In this document: in pieces, positions 1-13,076 of the stretch
Position numbering within the stretch: the first letter of the stretch is position 1
How the letters are laid out: the number at the start of each line of letters is the position of its first letter
DNA from: Escherichia coli
Lineage (GTDB): Bacteria; Pseudomonadota; Gammaproteobacteria; Enterobacterales; Enterobacteriaceae
Assembly: GCF_003334335.1 (NCBI RefSeq)
Contig: NZ_QOWQ01000034.1
Strand: one strand, 5' to 3'
DNA: 50,400 bases
Notes under the pieces: model-generated
The model's database searches: none
What the model was told of the DNA's origin: nothing
The model's input: the letters and a program-made list of their open reading frames with translations, nothing else
Program-made: the position numbers and the translations under genes

Positions 1-54
1 AGTTATCGTGAGAGTAATTCATCGGCACGTTAAATCATATCAGGCGTAATACCA

Positions 55-79
55 CAACCCTTAAGTTAGCGCTTATGGG
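55..79 (+). repeat. 25-bp sequence CAACCCTTAAGTTAGCGCTTATGGG, copy 1 (exact inverted copy at 50324-50348)
   Basis: Read directly; reverse complement of 50324-50348 is identical over 25 bp; lies 35 bp upstream of ecpB start. Confidence 0.8.
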
Positions 80-114
80 GTAGCCCCCCTGCTTTATTCC
101 TGGACGGAATTGTT

Positions 115-783
115 ATGAAAAAGCACCTTCTGCCTCTCGCTCTGCTGTTTTCCGGAATATCTCCGGCCCAGGCGCTGGATGTCGGCGATATATCATCGTT
201 TATGAACAGTGACAGCAGCACGCTGAGCAAAACGATCAAAAACAGTACCGACAGTGGTCGCCTTATCAATATCCGTCTCGAACGGCTCTCTTCACCGCTT
301 GACGACGGGCAGGTTATCTCAATGGACAAGCCGGATGAGTTGCTACTCACTCCCGCCAGCTTGCTGCTACCCGCCCAAGCCAGCGAAGTGATCCGCTTCT
401 TCTATAAGGGACCCGCAGATGAAAAAGAGCGCTACTACCGCATTGTCTGGTTTGATCAGGCCCTCAGTGATGCGCAGCGCGATAATGCCAACCGCAGCGC
501 TGTGGCCACTGCTTCCGCCCGCATCGGCACCATTCTGGTCGTCGCCCCTCGTCAGGCGAACTACCACTTTCAGTACGCCAACGGCTCCCTGACAAATACA
601 GGAAATGCGACGCTGCGGATCCTCGCCTACGGACCTTGCCTGAAAGCCGCCAACGGTAAGGAGTGTAAAGAGAATTACTACCTGATGCCGGGCAAGTCGC
701 GTCGTTTTACCCGCGTGGACACTGCGGATAACAAAGGACGGGTTGCACTTTGGCAGGGTGATAAGTTCATTCCCGTGAAATAG
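115..783 (+). CDS. ecpB: E. coli common pilus periplasmic chaperone EcpB
   Basis: 222-aa ORF with signal peptide, followed by usher and adhesin genes in ecp order. Confidence 0.85.
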   Translation: MKKHLLPLALLFSGISPAQALDVGDISSFMNSDSSTLSKTIKNSTDSGRLINIRLERLSSPLDDGQVISMDKPDELLLTPASLLLPAQASEVIRFFYKGPADEKERYYRIVWFDQALSDAQRDNANRSAVATASARIGTILVVAPRQANYHFQYANGSLTNTGNATLRILAYGPCLKAANGKECKENYYLMPGKSRRFTRVDTADNKGRVALWQGDKFIPVK

Positions 784-808
784 ATAGCTGTGCAGATGGA
801 TAACGACA

Positions 809-3334
809 ATGCCTTTACGACGGTTCTCCCCAGGACTGAAAGCCCAGTTTGCCTTCGGCATGGTCTTTTTGTTCGTTCAGCCCGATGCCAGCGCTGCTGA
901 CATAAGTGCGCAGCAAATAGGTGGGGTGATTATTCCGCAGGCCTTCAGTCAGGCGCTTCAGGACGGCATGAGCGTCCCGCTCTATATTCATCTCGCCGGT
1001 AGCCAGGGTCGCCAGGACGATCAGCGAATCGGCAGCGCTTTTATCTGGCTGGACGATGGACAGCTACGCATCCGGAAAATACAGCTGGAAGAGAGTGAAG
1101 ATAACGCCAGTGTCAGCGAACAAACTCGACAGCAGCTGATGGCTCTGGCCAACGCCCCGTTCAATGAGGCCCTTACCATCCCCCTGACTGACAACGCGCA
1201 GCTGGATCTCAGCTTGCGCCAACTGCTGCTGCAGCTAGTGGTCAAGCGCGAAGCGCTGGGCACCGTACTACGCTCACGTAGCGAAGACATCGGGCAGTCC
1301 AGTGTTAACACCCTCAGCAGTAATCTGAGCTATAACTTGGGCGTCTATAACAACCAGTTGCGTAACGGCGGGAGCAACACATCCAGCTATCTGTCGCTGA
1401 ATAACGTTACTGCACTGCGCGAACATCATGTGGTGCTCGACGGCTCGCTGTACGGGATCGGTAGCGGTCAACAGGACAGTGAATTATATAAAGCGATGTA
1501 TGAACGCGATTTTGCCGGTCACCGATTTGCCGGTGGAATGCTCGACACCTGGAACTTGCAGTCCTTAGGGCCGATGACCGCCATTTCAGCAGGGAAGATT
1601 TACGGCCTTTCCTGGGGAAACCAGGCCAGCTCCACCATCTTCGACAGCAGCCAGTCAGCCACGCCAGTGATCGCCTTTTTACCGGCGGCGGGCGAAGTAC
1701 ATCTCACCCGTGATGGGCGGCTACTAAGCGTTCAGAACTTCACTATGGGCAATCATGAAGTGGATACCCGGGGTCTACCGTACGGGATTTACGATGTGGA
1801 AGTTGAGGTGATCGTTAACGGTCGCGTGATCAGCAAACGCACCCAGCGGGTCAATAAGCTGTTTAGCCGGGGGCGCGGCGTCGGTGCACCACTGGCGTGG
1901 CAGGTATGGGGCGGTAGCTTTCATATGGATCGCTGGTCGGAAAACGGGAAAAAGACGCGACCAGCTAAAGAGAGTTGGCTAGCAGGTGCCTCGACCTCCG
2001 GCTCATTGAGTACGCTTAGCTGGGCGGCAACGGGATATGGATACGATAATCAGGCGGTGGGTGAAACCCGTCTGACGCTGCCGCTTGGGGGGGCGATCAA
2101 CGTTAACCTGCAAAATATGCTGGCCAGTGACAGCTCATGGAGCAGCATCGGCAGCATCAGCGCCACTCTACCGGGAGGCTTTAGTTCGCTGTGGGTTAAT
2201 CAGGAAAAAACCCGCATTGGCAATCAATTGCGACGTAGCGATGCCGACAACCGTGCAATCGGCGGCACACTCAACCTGAACTCACTGTGGTCGAAGCTGG
2301 GCACATTCAGCATCAGCTACAATGATGACCGCCGTTACAACAGCCATTATTACACGGCAGATTACTATCAAAATGTCTACAGCGGTACCTTTGGTTCGCT
2401 TGGCCTGCGGGCCGGTATTCAGCGCTATAACAACGGCGACAGCAACGCCAATACAGGAAAATATATCGCTCTCGATCTCTCGCTACCACTGGGCAACTGG
2501 TTTAGCGCAGGGATGACTCATCAAAACGGCTACACCATGGCAAACCTGTCAGCACGCAAACAGTTTGATGAAGGAACCATTCGCACTGTTGGTGCCAATC
2601 TGTCACGTGCCATCTCCGGCGATACCGGTGATGACAAAACCCTCAGCGGCGGGGCGTATGCACAATTCGACGCTCGTTACGCCAGCGGAACGCTGAACGT
2701 CAATAGCGCGGCGGACGGCTACGTCAATACCAACTTGACCGCCAATGGCAGCGTCGGCTGGCAGGGTAAAAACATTGCTGCCAGCGGGCGGACTGATGGC
2801 AACGCTGGGGTGATATTCAACACCGGGCTGGAGGACGACGGTCAGATCAGCGCCAAAATCAACGGGCGGATTTTCCCGCTTAACGGCAAGCGTAACTATC
2901 TCCCGCTCTCTCCCTATGGAAGATATGAGGTGGAGTTACAGAACAGCAAAAACTCACTCGACAGTTACGATATCGTCAGCGGCCGCAAAAGTCGTCTGAC
3001 TCTCTATCCAGGCAATGTCGCTGTCATTGAGCCAGAGGTGAAGCAGATGGTTACCGTCTCCGGTCGTATCCGTGCGGAAGACGGCACACTGCTGGCTAAC
3101 GCACGGATTAACAACCATATCGGCCGAACCCGAACCGATGAAAACGGCGAGTTTGTCATGGACGTGGATAAGAAATACCCCACTATCGATTTTCGCTACA
3201 GTGGCAATAAAACCTGCGAAGTGGCTCTGGAACTCAACCAGGCGCGCGGTGCCGTCTGGGTCGGTGATGTGGTCTGCAGCGGCCTCTCATCGTGGGCGGC
3301 GGTGACGCAGACAGGAGAAGAGAATGAGAGTTAA
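809..3334 (+). CDS. ecpC: E. coli common pilus outer-membrane usher EcpC
   Basis: 841-aa ORF, signal peptide, position between ecpB and ecpD. Confidence 0.9.
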
Positions 3335-4967
3335 CCTACTAATAACGATGATAATTTTCGCGCTAATCTGGCCTGTAACTGCGCTCAGAGCGGCAGTGAG
3401 CAAAACAACCTGGGCGGATGCACCGGCACGCGAGTTTGTGTTTGTCGAAAACAACTCAGACGACAACTTTTTCGTCACTCCTGGCGGGGCGCTGGATCCG
3501 CGCCTGACCGGTGCCAACCGCTGGACCGGTTTAAAATACACTGGTTCAGGAACCATCTATCAGCAAAGCCTCGGCTACATTGATAACGGTTACAACACCG
3601 GCCTTTATACCAACTGGAAGTTTGATATGTGGCTGGAAAATTCACCAGTTTCATCTCCTTTAACTGGCTTGCGCTGCATCAACTGGTACGCTGGGTGTAA
3701 TATGACCACCAGTCTTATCCTGCCGCAAACCACCGACGCCAGTGGATTTTATGGCGCGACGGTGACCAGCGGCGGCGCGAAGTGGATGCACGGCATGTTG
3801 TCAGACGCGTTTTACCAGTATATGCAACAAATGCCCGTCGGCAGCAGCTTTACAATGACCATCAATGCCTGCCAGACCTCTGTGAACTATGACGCCAGCA
3901 GCGGCGCACGCTGTAAGGATCAGGCCTCCGGCAACTGGTATGTTCGCAACGTCACCCATACGAAAGCAGCAAATCTACGGTTGATAAATACCCACTCGCT
4001 GGCGGAAGTATTTATCAACAGCGACGGAGTACCGACTCTGGGCGAAGGGAACGCCGACTGCCGGACGCAAACCATCGGCAGCCGTTCAGGATTAAGTTGT
4101 AAGATGGTTAACTATACCCTGCAAACAAACGGACTCAGCAACACCTCAATCCATATATTCCCGGCGATCGCCAACTCGTCGTTAGCCTCGGCCGTCGGGG
4201 CGTACGATATGCAGTTCAGTCTGAATGGCAGTTCATGGAAACCGGTGAGCAATACCGCCTATTACTACACCTTCAACGAGATGAAGAGCGCAGACTCGAT
4301 CTATGTTTTCTTCTCGAGCAACTTCTTTAAGCAGATGGTGAACCTCGGGATCAGCGATATCAACACCAAAGATCTATTCAACTTTCGCTTTCAGAACACC
4401 ACATCACCGGAGTCTGGCTGGTATGAATTTTCTACCTCCAACACGCTGATTATCAAACCCCGTGATTTCAGCATCAGTATTATCTCCGATGAATATACTC
4501 AGACACCGTCGCGGGAGGGATATGTTGGCAGCGGCGAGTCGGCACTCGATTTCGGCTATATCGTAACCACCAGCGGTAAAACAGCTGCCGACGAAGTGCT
4601 GATCAAGGTGACCGGACCCGCGCAGGTGATTGGCGGGCGCTCCTATTGTGTCTTCAGCTCCGATGACGGTAAGGCGAAAGTACCGTTCCCGGCGACACTT
4701 TCCTTTATTACCCGCAACGGAGCTACAAAAACCTACGATGCCGGGTGCGATGATAGCTGGCGGGATATGACCGATGCGCTGTGGTTGACCACACCGTGGA
4801 CTGATATCTCTGGCGAAGTGGGGCAGATGGATAAGACCACAGTCAAATTTTCGATTCCAATGGATAACGCCATTTCGCTGCGTACGGTAGATGATAACGG
4901 CTGGTTTGGCGAAGTCAGCGCTTCAGGAGAGATTCATGTTCAGGCGACGTGGCGTAACATTAACTAA
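3324..4967 (+). CDS. ecpD: E. coli common pilus tip adhesin EcpD
   Basis: 547-aa ORF with signal peptide; start overlaps ecpC end. Confidence 0.85.
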
Positions 4968-5646
4968 GGCCCTGCTGACAGCGGTCTGTATGCTGGCGGC
5001 ACCTTTGACACAGGCGATTTCGGTCGGCAATCTGACATTTTCGCTGCCGTCCGAGACTGACTTTGTCAGCAAACGTGTAGTGAATAACAACAAAAGCGCA
5101 CGGATATACCGTATTGCCATCAGTGCTATTGATAGCCCGGGCAGCAGTGAATTGCGCACCCGACCGGTGGATGTTGAACTGCTTTTCGCCCCCCGCCAGC
5201 TGGCGTTGCAGGCTGGTGAGAGCGAGTATTTTAAATTTTACTATCATGGTCCACGGGATAACCGCGAGCGCTACTACCGGGTCTCATTTCGCGAGGTCCC
5301 CACTCGTAACCATACAAGACGCAGCCCAACCGGCGGCGTGGTCAGCACGGAGCCGGTGGTGGTGATGGATACCATTCTGGTAGTACGACCACGTCAGGTT
5401 CAGTTTAAATGGTCCTTCGACAAGGTGACAGGAACGGTAAGTAACACTGGCAACACATGGTTTAAGCTACTGATTAAGCCAGGATGTGATTCGACCGAAG
5501 AGGAAGGCGATGCCTGGTATCTACGTCCGGGAGACGTGGTTCATCAGCCTGAGTTACGTCAGCCGGGGAATCACTATCTGGTCTATAACGACAAATTCAT
5601 TAAGATTAGCGATTCCTGTCCGGCTAAGCCCCCTTCGGCGGACTAA
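4936..5646 (+). CDS. ecpE: E. coli common pilus chaperone EcpE
   Basis: ORF 4891-5646; start chosen at internal ATG 4936 preceded by AGGAGA; overlaps ecpD 3' end by 32 nt. Confidence 0.8.
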   Translation: MFRRRGVTLTKALLTAVCMLAAPLTQAISVGNLTFSLPSETDFVSKRVVNNNKSARIYRIAISAIDSPGSSELRTRPVDVELLFAPRQLALQAGESEYFKFYYHGPRDNRERYYRVSFREVPTRNHTRRSPTGGVVSTEPVVVMDTILVVRPRQVQFKWSFDKVTGTVSNTGNTWFKLLIKPGCDSTEEEGDAWYLRPGDVVHQPELRQPGNHYLVYNDKFIKISDSCPAKPPSAD

Positions 5647-5958
5647 GACTTATCCATCGGTCGAGGGAAGAATTCCACCTCAGAGCCCCAAAAATCGTTT
5701 AAATGATGTGGAAGCGATCGTCAATATCACCTGTAACGATGGGCTTTCTCATATGCACACCATAGTGTTCAGGAGACACGGAAAGGTATCAGGCAGCCTG
5801 CTAACGAGTGGTTTAATCACGAATTAGTACGTAAAATCGGTAACGGCTGGAAATCATTCAATACTCACACTATCGAAAGTTCCCCAGCCAACCGCGGTAC
5901 GTTCTTACATACGATGTACCGCTGTTCTCTTTACGATTTTTAGCTGTACTGGTGAATT

Positions 5959-6288
5959 ATGAGCAATCTGAATCCATGCATGACGTGTGGTGCCTGTTGT
6001 GCATTTTTCCGCGTCTCTTTTTACTGGGCCGAAGCCGACGATGCTGGCGGTACTATTCCCGCCAGGCTCACTGAACAAATATCCCCTTTTCACCGATGCA
6101 TGAGCGGTACCAATCAGAAAAACCCCCGATGTATTGCCCTTGCAGGAACCCCGGGCAAAAATGCCTGCTGCACGATATATAAAAATCGATCGTCCACATG
6201 CAGAGAATTCGCCATGTCTGGTGAGAACGGAGTCGTCAATGAGGCTTGCAATCGTGCAAGGGCTAAATACGGGCTGACACCGTTATAA
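5959..6288 (+). CDS. ykgJ: YkgJ-family cysteine-cluster protein (CxxCxxCC putative Zn/Fe-chelating domain)
   Basis: 109-aa ORF with CMTCGACC motif. Confidence 0.8.
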
Positions 6289-6493
6289 ACATACAATAAT
6301 TAATTGCACTGCCCCGCCAGCGATAATAGCGGGGCTTCGTTTTTCAGGGGTAACAAAACCCGATACTTCTTCTATTTGCCAGCAACAATGCCTCTCTTCT
6401 GTAGCGTTCTTCGGATCTACATCATCCTGAAGTAGCGCGATATACTCACTGACTATCTGCATCAGAATATAAAAAGCAATGTTTTTAACCTAT

Positions 6494-6524
6494 AAAAATG
6501 GCGCTGTATTTGCGCCATTTTTAT
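6494..6524. terminator. Bidirectional rho-independent terminator between convergent ykgJ and yagU
   Basis: Hairpin AAAATGGCGC-TGTATTT-GCGCCATTTT flanked by T/A runs on both strands. Confidence 0.55.
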
Positions 6525-6535
6525 CATTCAATGCA

Positions 6536-7150
6536 TTATCTGTTTGAGCCTAAAGGGATCTCAGGGTCTGGCTCATGAGTAATTCTGTTTCGTAAATCTC
6601 TGCGAATAATTTCAATAGACCAGAACCAGACTAAATGTCCAAAAATTTCAGAAACATTCTCATACCACGGGAGATCAAACAGAGGTGGCGTCAGTCCCAT
6701 GAGAGGGAATGAAATCATATGAACAAAAAGTTGGGCTAAAGCACCTGCCAGTAAGCCCTGCCAGAGTTTAATTTTTGGAAATACTTCAGCGACCACACAA
6801 TAACCGACAGCAAACACTATCGAAAAGATAATGTGCGTAACACCAACCCAGTTAAAGACATGCCCGGCAAAGGTATAAACAGCCGCATTGGGATCTGTCA
6901 GCCCCAACCAGTCTCGAAGAAAAATATACGGTGGATTGAGAAAATTACGCGAGCAATCAATTTGGCCTGCAGCCCTGATTAATGATTCCGGGCCACACGC
7001 TGCATTAAACATATCCACCGGGCTACGTGGCGGCAATGGAACTTCAGCCCCCCACTTCACGAATGCGGAAACAACGCCAGCAATCAGCCCAATGAATGCA
7101 GCAAGACCATAACGTCTGCGGTTCGGTGGAGTTTGTTCAAATATATTCAT
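6536..7150 (-). CDS. yagU: Inner membrane protein YagU (DUF1440 family)
   Basis: 204-aa ORF with hydrophobic segments; position between ykgJ and paoA. Confidence 0.85.
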
Positions 7151-7567
7151 ATCTACCCTGCTTGTACCATTATGTTATACACCTCTTCAGGAGTATTCAT
7201 AAAACAAGGCAAATGTAAAGAACTGTATTGTTTTGTATAACAAGATAGTTTCCTAATCGCCAATGAATATAAGCTCCATCATTTCTCCCTATTTTTATAT
7301 TAGAAGTGACAGAGATTTGCAGGGTGATGTAGAGCTGAAAATCACAGGTTTCCTTATTGGTTTTTGCATCGTACAACTAAAGCAATAAACCAGCTCCCAT
7401 CATCATCAACATCCCGGCGAACATGAATTTATTAGCCGGGCTCATAGCTGCATTCGCGTTTTAAGAATAATCCTCCTGCTGTCGCCGACTATGCTTAACG
7501 TTTAAAAAAGCATCAGCACTCTCGCAACGCACTCTTATTTTCCCCTTTAGAATACCGGAGGCCTGGT

Positions 7568-8257
7568 ATGAGCAACCAAGGCGAATACCCCGAAGATAAT
7601 CGGGTTGGGAAGCACGAGCCGCACGATTTAAGTTTGACCCGTCGCGATCTGATTAAAGTGAGCGCCGCAACAGCGGCGACCGCCGTGGTTTATCCTCATT
7701 CTACGCTGGCGGCAAGCGTTCCGGCAGCTACACCCGCGCCAGAGATAATGCCCCTGACACTGAAGGTGAACGGCAAAACCGAGCAGCTTGAGGTGGATAC
7801 CCGAACCACGCTACTGGACACTTTGCGTGAAAATCTGCATTTGATCGGTACCAAGAAAGGTTGCGATCACGGACAGTGCGGAGCCTGTACCGTGCTGGTC
7901 AATGGTCGCAGGCTTAATGCCTGCCTGACGCTTGCAGTCATGCATCAGGGGGCCGAGATCACCACCATTGAAGGCCTGGGTTCGCCAGATAATCTTCACC
8001 CCATGCAGGCGGCCTTTATCAAGCATGATGGCTTCCAGTGCGGCTACTGCACCTCCGGGCAAATTTGCTCATCAGTAGCGGTGCTAAAAGAGATTCAGGA
8101 CGGCATTCCCAGTCACGTCACGGTCGATTTGGTTTCCGCTCCAGAAACAACTGCCGATGAGATCCGTGAACGTATGAGCGGCAACATCTGTCGCTGTGGT
8201 GCATACGCTAACATCCTTGCCGCCATTGAAGATGCTGCGGGGGAGATAAAATCATGA
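7568..8257 (+). CDS. paoA: Periplasmic aldehyde oxidoreductase, 2Fe-2S ferredoxin subunit PaoA (Tat signal)
   Basis: 229 aa; twin-arginine motif LTRRDLIK; Cys clusters CxxGxCGxC and CGxC. Confidence 0.9.
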   Translation: MSNQGEYPEDNRVGKHEPHDLSLTRRDLIKVSAATAATAVVYPHSTLAASVPAATPAPEIMPLTLKVNGKTEQLEVDTRTTLLDTLRENLHLIGTKKGCDHGQCGACTVLVNGRRLNACLTLAVMHQGAEITTIEGLGSPDNLHPMQAAFIKHDGFQCGYCTSGQICSSVAVLKEIQDGIPSHVTVDLVSAPETTADEIRERMSGNICRCGAYANILAAIEDAAGEIKS

Positions 8258-9210
8258 AGGCGTTTACCTATGAACGAGTGAATACCCCAGCCGAGGCGGC
8301 ACTTAGCGCTCAGCGCGTACCCGGCGCAAAATTTATCGCGGGCGGGACCAATCTGCTGGACCTGATGAAGCTGGAAATTGAAACGCCCACCCACCTTATC
8401 GATGTGAACGGCCTCGGGCTCGATAAGATTGAAGTGACCGACGCGGGTGGGCTGCGCATCGGCGCACTGGTACGGAACACCGACCTGGCGGCTCACGAGC
8501 GCGTGCGTCGTGATTACGCGGTACTCTCCCGCGCCCTGCTCGCTGGCGCGTCTGGTCAGTTACGTAATCAGGCAACCACCGCAGGTAATCTGCTCCAGCG
8601 CACGCGCTGCCCCTATTTTTACGACACCAATCAGCCCTGCAATAAGCGCCTGCCCGGGAGCGGCTGCGCGGCGCTTGAAGGCTTTAGCCGTCAGCACGCG
8701 GTGGTAGGCGTAAGCGAAGCCTGCATTGCCACCCATCCGAGCGATATGGCGGTCGCAATGCGGTTGCTGGATGCGGTGGTGGAAACCATCACGCCGGAGG
8801 GAAAGACTCGCAGTATCACACTGGCTGATTTTTATCACCCTCCGGGAAAAACGCCGCACATTGAAACCGCCCTGCTTCCCGGTGAGCTTATCGTTGCGGT
8901 GACGTTACCTCCACCGCTCGGCGGAAAACATATCTACCGTAAGGTGCGCGATCGCGCCTCCTACGCCTTTGCCCTGGTATCGGTCGCGGCGATTATTCAG
9001 CCTGACGGCAGCGGGCGCGTCGCGCTGGGCGGAGTAGCACATAAGCCCTGGCGCATTGAGGCTGCGGATGCTCAGCTATCCCAGGGGGCGCAGGCCGTAT
9101 ATGACACGCTGTTCGCCAGCGCCCATCCCACCGCTGAAAACACCTTTAAACTCCTGTTGGCGAAGCGAACGCTTGCCTCCGTACTGGCTGAAGCGAGGGC
9201 ACAGGCATGA
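8254..9210 (+). CDS. paoB: Aldehyde oxidoreductase FAD-binding subunit PaoB
   Basis: 318 aa; overlapping start/stop coupling with paoA and paoC. Confidence 0.9.
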   Translation: MKAFTYERVNTPAEAALSAQRVPGAKFIAGGTNLLDLMKLEIETPTHLIDVNGLGLDKIEVTDAGGLRIGALVRNTDLAAHERVRRDYAVLSRALLAGASGQLRNQATTAGNLLQRTRCPYFYDTNQPCNKRLPGSGCAALEGFSRQHAVVGVSEACIATHPSDMAVAMRLLDAVVETITPEGKTRSITLADFYHPPGKTPHIETALLPGELIVAVTLPPPLGGKHIYRKVRDRASYAFALVSVAAIIQPDGSGRVALGGVAHKPWRIEAADAQLSQGAQAVYDTLFASAHPTAENTFKLLLAKRTLASVLAEARAQA

Positions 9211-11405
9211 AATTTGATAAACCCGCAGGGGAAAACCCGATCGATCAGCTGAAGGTTGTCGGTCGTCCCCATGACCGCATCGACGGACCGCTGAAAACTA
9301 CCGGCACGGCACGCTACGCCTACGAATGGCATGAAGAAGCCCCCAACGCCGCCTATGGCTATATCGTCGGTTCCGCCATTGCCAAAGGACGCCTCACCGC
9401 CCTTGATACGGACGCCGCGCAAAAAGCGCCGGGCGTACTGGCTGTCATTACCGCCAGTAACGCCGGGGCACTCGGCAAAGGCGACAAAAACACCGCCAGG
9501 CTGTTAGGCGGCCCCACTATTGAGCACTATCATCAGGCCATTGCGCTGGTAGTGGCCGAGACCTTCGAACAGGCGCGAGCGGCGGCCTCGCTGGTGCAGG
9601 CACACTATCGCCGTAATAAAGGAGCTTACTCCCTGGCGGACGAAAAACAGGCCGTCAATCAGCCGCCGGAAGACACGCCCGACAAAAACGTCGGTGACTT
9701 TGACGGGGCTTTCACCTCCGCTGCGGTGAAGATTGATGCTACCTACACGACCCCGGACCAGAGCCATATGGCGATGGAGCCGCATGCCTCGATGGCCGTC
9801 TGGGATGGAAATAAGCTTACCCTCTGGACCTCAAATCAGATGATTGACTGGTGCCGCACCGATCTGGCAAAAACGCTGAAAGTTCCCGTGGAGAATGTGC
9901 GTATTATCTCCCCGTATATCGGCGGAGGGTTTGGCGGCAAGCTGTTCCTGAGAAGCGATGCGCTGCTGGCGGCCCTCGCCGCCCGAGCGGTGAAACGTCC
10001 GGTTAAAGTGATGCTCCCCCGCCCCTCTATTCCCAATAACACCACGCACCGCCCCGCCACCCTTCAGCACTTGCGTATCGGTGCCGACCAGAGCGGGAAA
10101 ATCACCGCTATCTCACATGAAAGCTGGTCTGGAAACCTGCCCGGCGGCACGCCGGAAACGGCGGTACAGCAAAGCGAATTACTCTACGCCGGGGCGAATC
10201 GTCATACCGGCCTGCGGCTCGCCACGCTTGATTTGCCGGAAGGGAACGCCATGCGTGCGCCCGGCGAAGCCCCCGGTCTGATGGCGCTCGAAATCGCGAT
10301 CGACGAACTGGCGGAAAAAGCGGGCATCGATCCCGTCGAGTTTCGCATCCTGAATGACACTCAGGTTGACCCCGCCGACCCGACGCGCTGCTTCTCTCGC
10401 CGTCAGCTTATCGAGTGCTTGCGCACCGGAGCGGATAAATTTGGCTGGAAGCAGCGCAACGCCACACCCGGACAGGTGCGCGACGGGGAGTGGCTAGTCG
10501 GCCACGGTGTTGCGGCGGGCTTTCGCAATAATCTGCTGGAAAAATCGGGTGCTCGGGTTCACCTCGAACAAAACGGCACCGTTACCGTAGAAACGGACAT
10601 GACCGACATTGGCACCGGCAGCTACACCATTCTGGCCCAGACGGCAGCGGAAATGCTTGGCGTACCGCTGGAGCAGGTTGCGGTTCACCTCGGCGATTCC
10701 AGTTTCCCGGTTTCTGCGGGTTCTGGTGGACAATGGGGCGCGAATACCTCCACCTCCGGCGTTTACGCCGCCTGTATGAAGCTTCGCGAAATGATTGCCT
10801 CGGCAGTCGGGTTTGATCCTGAGCAGTCGCAGTTTGCCGACGGCAAGATTACCAACGGTACCCGAAGCGCCACGCTACATGAAGCCACCGCAGGCGGCAG
10901 ACTGACAGCGGAAGAGAGCATTGAATTCGGAACACTGAGCAAAGAGTACCAGCAGTCGACCTTTGCCGGGCATTTTGTGGAGGTCGGCGTGCATAGCGCG
11001 ACGGGAGAAGTTCGGGTCCGGCGTATGCTCGCTGTGTGTGCTGCAGGACGCATCCTGAATCCGAAAACTGCGCGCAGCCAGGTCATTGGCGCAATGACTA
11101 TGGGCATGGGCGCGGCACTGATGGAGGAGCTGGCGGTGGATGACCGTTTGGGCTACTTCGTTAATCACGATATGGCGGGGTATGAGGTGCCGGTTCATGC
11201 GGATATCCCAAAACAGGAGGTGATTTTCCTGGATGATACCGACCCCATATCCTCCCCGATGAAGGCCAAAGGTGTCGGTGAGCTGGGCCTGTGCGGCGTG
11301 AGCGCGGCTATCGCCAACGCGGTGTATAACGCCACCGGTATTCGGGTACGGGATTATCCCATCACTCTGGATAAGCTGCTCGATAAGCTGCCGGATGTGG
11401 TTTAA
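9207..11405 (+). CDS. paoC: Aldehyde oxidoreductase molybdopterin-binding catalytic subunit PaoC
   Basis: 732 aa; xanthine dehydrogenase-family large subunit. Confidence 0.9.
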   Translation: MKFDKPAGENPIDQLKVVGRPHDRIDGPLKTTGTARYAYEWHEEAPNAAYGYIVGSAIAKGRLTALDTDAAQKAPGVLAVITASNAGALGKGDKNTARLLGGPTIEHYHQAIALVVAETFEQARAAASLVQAHYRRNKGAYSLADEKQAVNQPPEDTPDKNVGDFDGAFTSAAVKIDATYTTPDQSHMAMEPHASMAVWDGNKLTLWTSNQMIDWCRTDLAKTLKVPVENVRIISPYIGGGFGGKLFLRSDALLAALAARAVKRPVKVMLPRPSIPNNTTHRPATLQHLRIGADQSGKITAISHESWSGNLPGGTPETAVQQSELLYAGANRHTGLRLATLDLPEGNAMRAPGEAPGLMALEIAIDELAEKAGIDPVEFRILNDTQVDPADPTRCFSRRQLIECLRTGADKFGWKQRNATPGQVRDGEWLVGHGVAAGFRNNLLEKSGARVHLEQNGTVTVETDMTDIGTGSYTILAQTAAEMLGVPLEQVAVHLGDSSFPVSAGSGGQWGANTSTSGVYAACMKLREMIASAVGFDPEQSQFADGKITNGTRSATLHEATAGGRLTAEESIEFGTLSKEYQQSTFAGHFVEVGVHSATGEVRVRRMLAVCAAGRILNPKTARSQVIGAMTMGMGAALMEELAVDDRLGYFVNHDMAGYEVPVHADIPKQEVIFLDDTDPISSPMKAKGVGELGLCGVSAAIANAVYNATGIRVRDYPITLDKLLDKLPDVV

Positions 11406-11414
11406 GGAGGAACA

Positions 11415-12371
11415 ATGTCATACCCGCTTTTTGACAAAGACGAACACTGGCATAAGCCAGAGCAGGCGTTTCTCACCGATGACCACCGGACCATTCTGCG
11501 CTTCGCCGTAGAGGCGCTAATGTCCGGTAAAGGAGCGGTGCTGGTGACGCTGGTGGAGATACGCGGCGGCGCGGCGCGCCCGCTCGGGGCGCAGATGGTG
11601 GTGCGCGAAGATGGTCGTTACTGCGGTTTTGTCTCTGGCGGCTGCGTGGAGGCCGCTGCCGCTTTTGAAGCGCTGGAGATGATGGGCTCAGGCCGCGATC
11701 GCGAAATTCGCTATGGCGAAGGTTCGCCGTGGTTTGACATCGTTCTGCCCTGCGGCGGTGGGATCACGCTGACGCTCCATAAACTACGCTCGGCACAGCC
11801 TCTGCTCGCCGTGCTGAACCGCCTGGAACAGAGAAAACCGGTGGGGCTGCGCTACGATCCGCAAGCACAATCGCTGGTGTGCCTGCCCACGCAAACCCGG
11901 ACGGGCTGGAATCTCAATGGCTTTGAGGTGGGGTTCAGGCCATGCGTCAGGCTGATGATTTACGGACGTTCTCTTGAGGCGCAGGCAACCGCGAGTCTTG
12001 CAGCAGCCACAGGCTATGACAGCCATATCTTCGATCTTTTTCCGGCCTCAGCCAGCGCTCAGATCGATACCGATACGGCGGTCATTTTGCTGTGCCATGA
12101 TCTCAACCGGGAGCTGCCAGTGTTGCAGGCCGCGCGAGAAGCAAAACCCTTTTATCTCGGCGCATTGGGCAGCTATCGAACCCACACGTTACGTCTGCAA
12201 AAGCTCCACGAGCTGGGATGGTCCAGGGAGGAAACAACGCAAATCCGGGCACCCGTCGGGATATTCCCCAAAGCCCGGGATGCGCATACTCTGGCACTCT
12301 CCGTGCTGGCAGAAGTCGCCTCTGTACGTCTCCATCAGGAGGAGGATTCATGCCTGCCCCCGTCGTCCTGA
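11415..12371 (+). CDS. paoD: XdhC-family molybdenum cofactor insertion chaperone PaoD
   Basis: 318 aa; last gene of paoABCD. Confidence 0.85.
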   Translation: MSYPLFDKDEHWHKPEQAFLTDDHRTILRFAVEALMSGKGAVLVTLVEIRGGAARPLGAQMVVREDGRYCGFVSGGCVEAAAAFEALEMMGSGRDREIRYGEGSPWFDIVLPCGGGITLTLHKLRSAQPLLAVLNRLEQRKPVGLRYDPQAQSLVCLPTQTRTGWNLNGFEVGFRPCVRLMIYGRSLEAQATASLAAATGYDSHIFDLFPASASAQIDTDTAVILLCHDLNRELPVLQAAREAKPFYLGALGSYRTHTLRLQKLHELGWSREETTQIRAPVGIFPKARDAHTLALSVLAEVASVRLHQEEDSCLPPSS

Positions 12372-12760
12372 TCCTTGCGGCCGGGCGTGGAGAGCGCTTT
12401 CTCGCCTCCGGGGGAAATACCCATAAGTGTATCGGCTGGCGTCAGTCCCCGGAGGTTGCGCCTTATCGCTGGCCATTTGAAGAAAACGGGAGAACTTTCG
12501 ACCTTGCGATTGAACCGCAGATTACGACTAATGATCTGCGTCTGATGTTGAGGCTGGCTCTTGCCGGCGGAGGAATAACAATTGCCACTCAGGAAACTTT
12601 CAGGCCATATATTGAAAGCGGTAAGCTTGTATCGCTGCTTGATGACTTTCTTCCACAATTTCCGGGCTTCTATCTGTATTTCCCACAGCGTCGCAATATT
12701 GCACCAAAGCTCCGCGCCCTGATTGACTACGTCAAAGAATGGCGGCAGCAATTGGCTTAA
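12350..12760 (+). pseudogene. yagP: Chimeric remnant: nucleotidyltransferase-like (MocA/MobA-type) N-terminus fused to a LysR-family C-terminal fragment (yagP-like)
   Basis: ATG at 12350 after AGGAGG, overlapping paoD end; N-term MPAPVVLILAAGRGERF resembles MocA-type signature; C-terminal part resembles a LysR substrate-binding domain. Confidence 0.5.
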
Positions 12761-12885
12761 ATGTCTGCACCTGCACTGCCTGATGTCAGAACAGTATTTT
12801 GATGAATTGCCAAGGTTACAATGGCACAAATACGGCACAGGAGGAAACGTGGTGTATTTAAATATGGGGTAACTCTTTGATTTTA

Positions 12886-12961
12886 ATGGTGCCGATAATA
12901 GGAGTCGAACCTACGACCTTCGCATTACGAATGCGCTGCTCTACCAACTGAGCTATATCGG
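12886..12961 (-). tRNA. thrW: tRNA-Thr (anticodon CGU)
   Basis: 76-nt cloverleaf read on minus strand: acceptor GCCGATA/TATCGGC, TTCGACT T-loop, CGT anticodon, CCA end. Confidence 0.9.
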
Positions 12962-13076
12962 CCCTGAAAGGACATGTTCACGAACGTGAATCACGGTGGA
13001 CAAGGTTAAAACTAACCGGGCGATGCGTCAATGGCCTTGTGAATCAAATGGCTACTTTTGCATCACCCGGTTTTAT

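Noticed and set aside
1-114. 3' end of ecpA at the window start
   Set aside because: No reading frame in the first 114 nt gave a recognisable pilin C-terminus, and the region contains stops in all frames; treated as intergenic
367-861. 164-aa minus-strand ORF overlapping ecpB
   Set aside because: Antisense overlap with a recognisable chaperone gene
5959-6288. ykgJ as a flagellin-methylase-like gene linked to Flag-2
   Set aside because: It is more than 18 kb from the flagellar locus and separated by core genes; the family relationship to flagellin N-methylases is only a recollection, so no functional link is claimed
12762-12885. Integrase or prophage remnant next to thrW
   Set aside because: No ORF with integrase features; the interval is only about 125 bp of non-coding sequence
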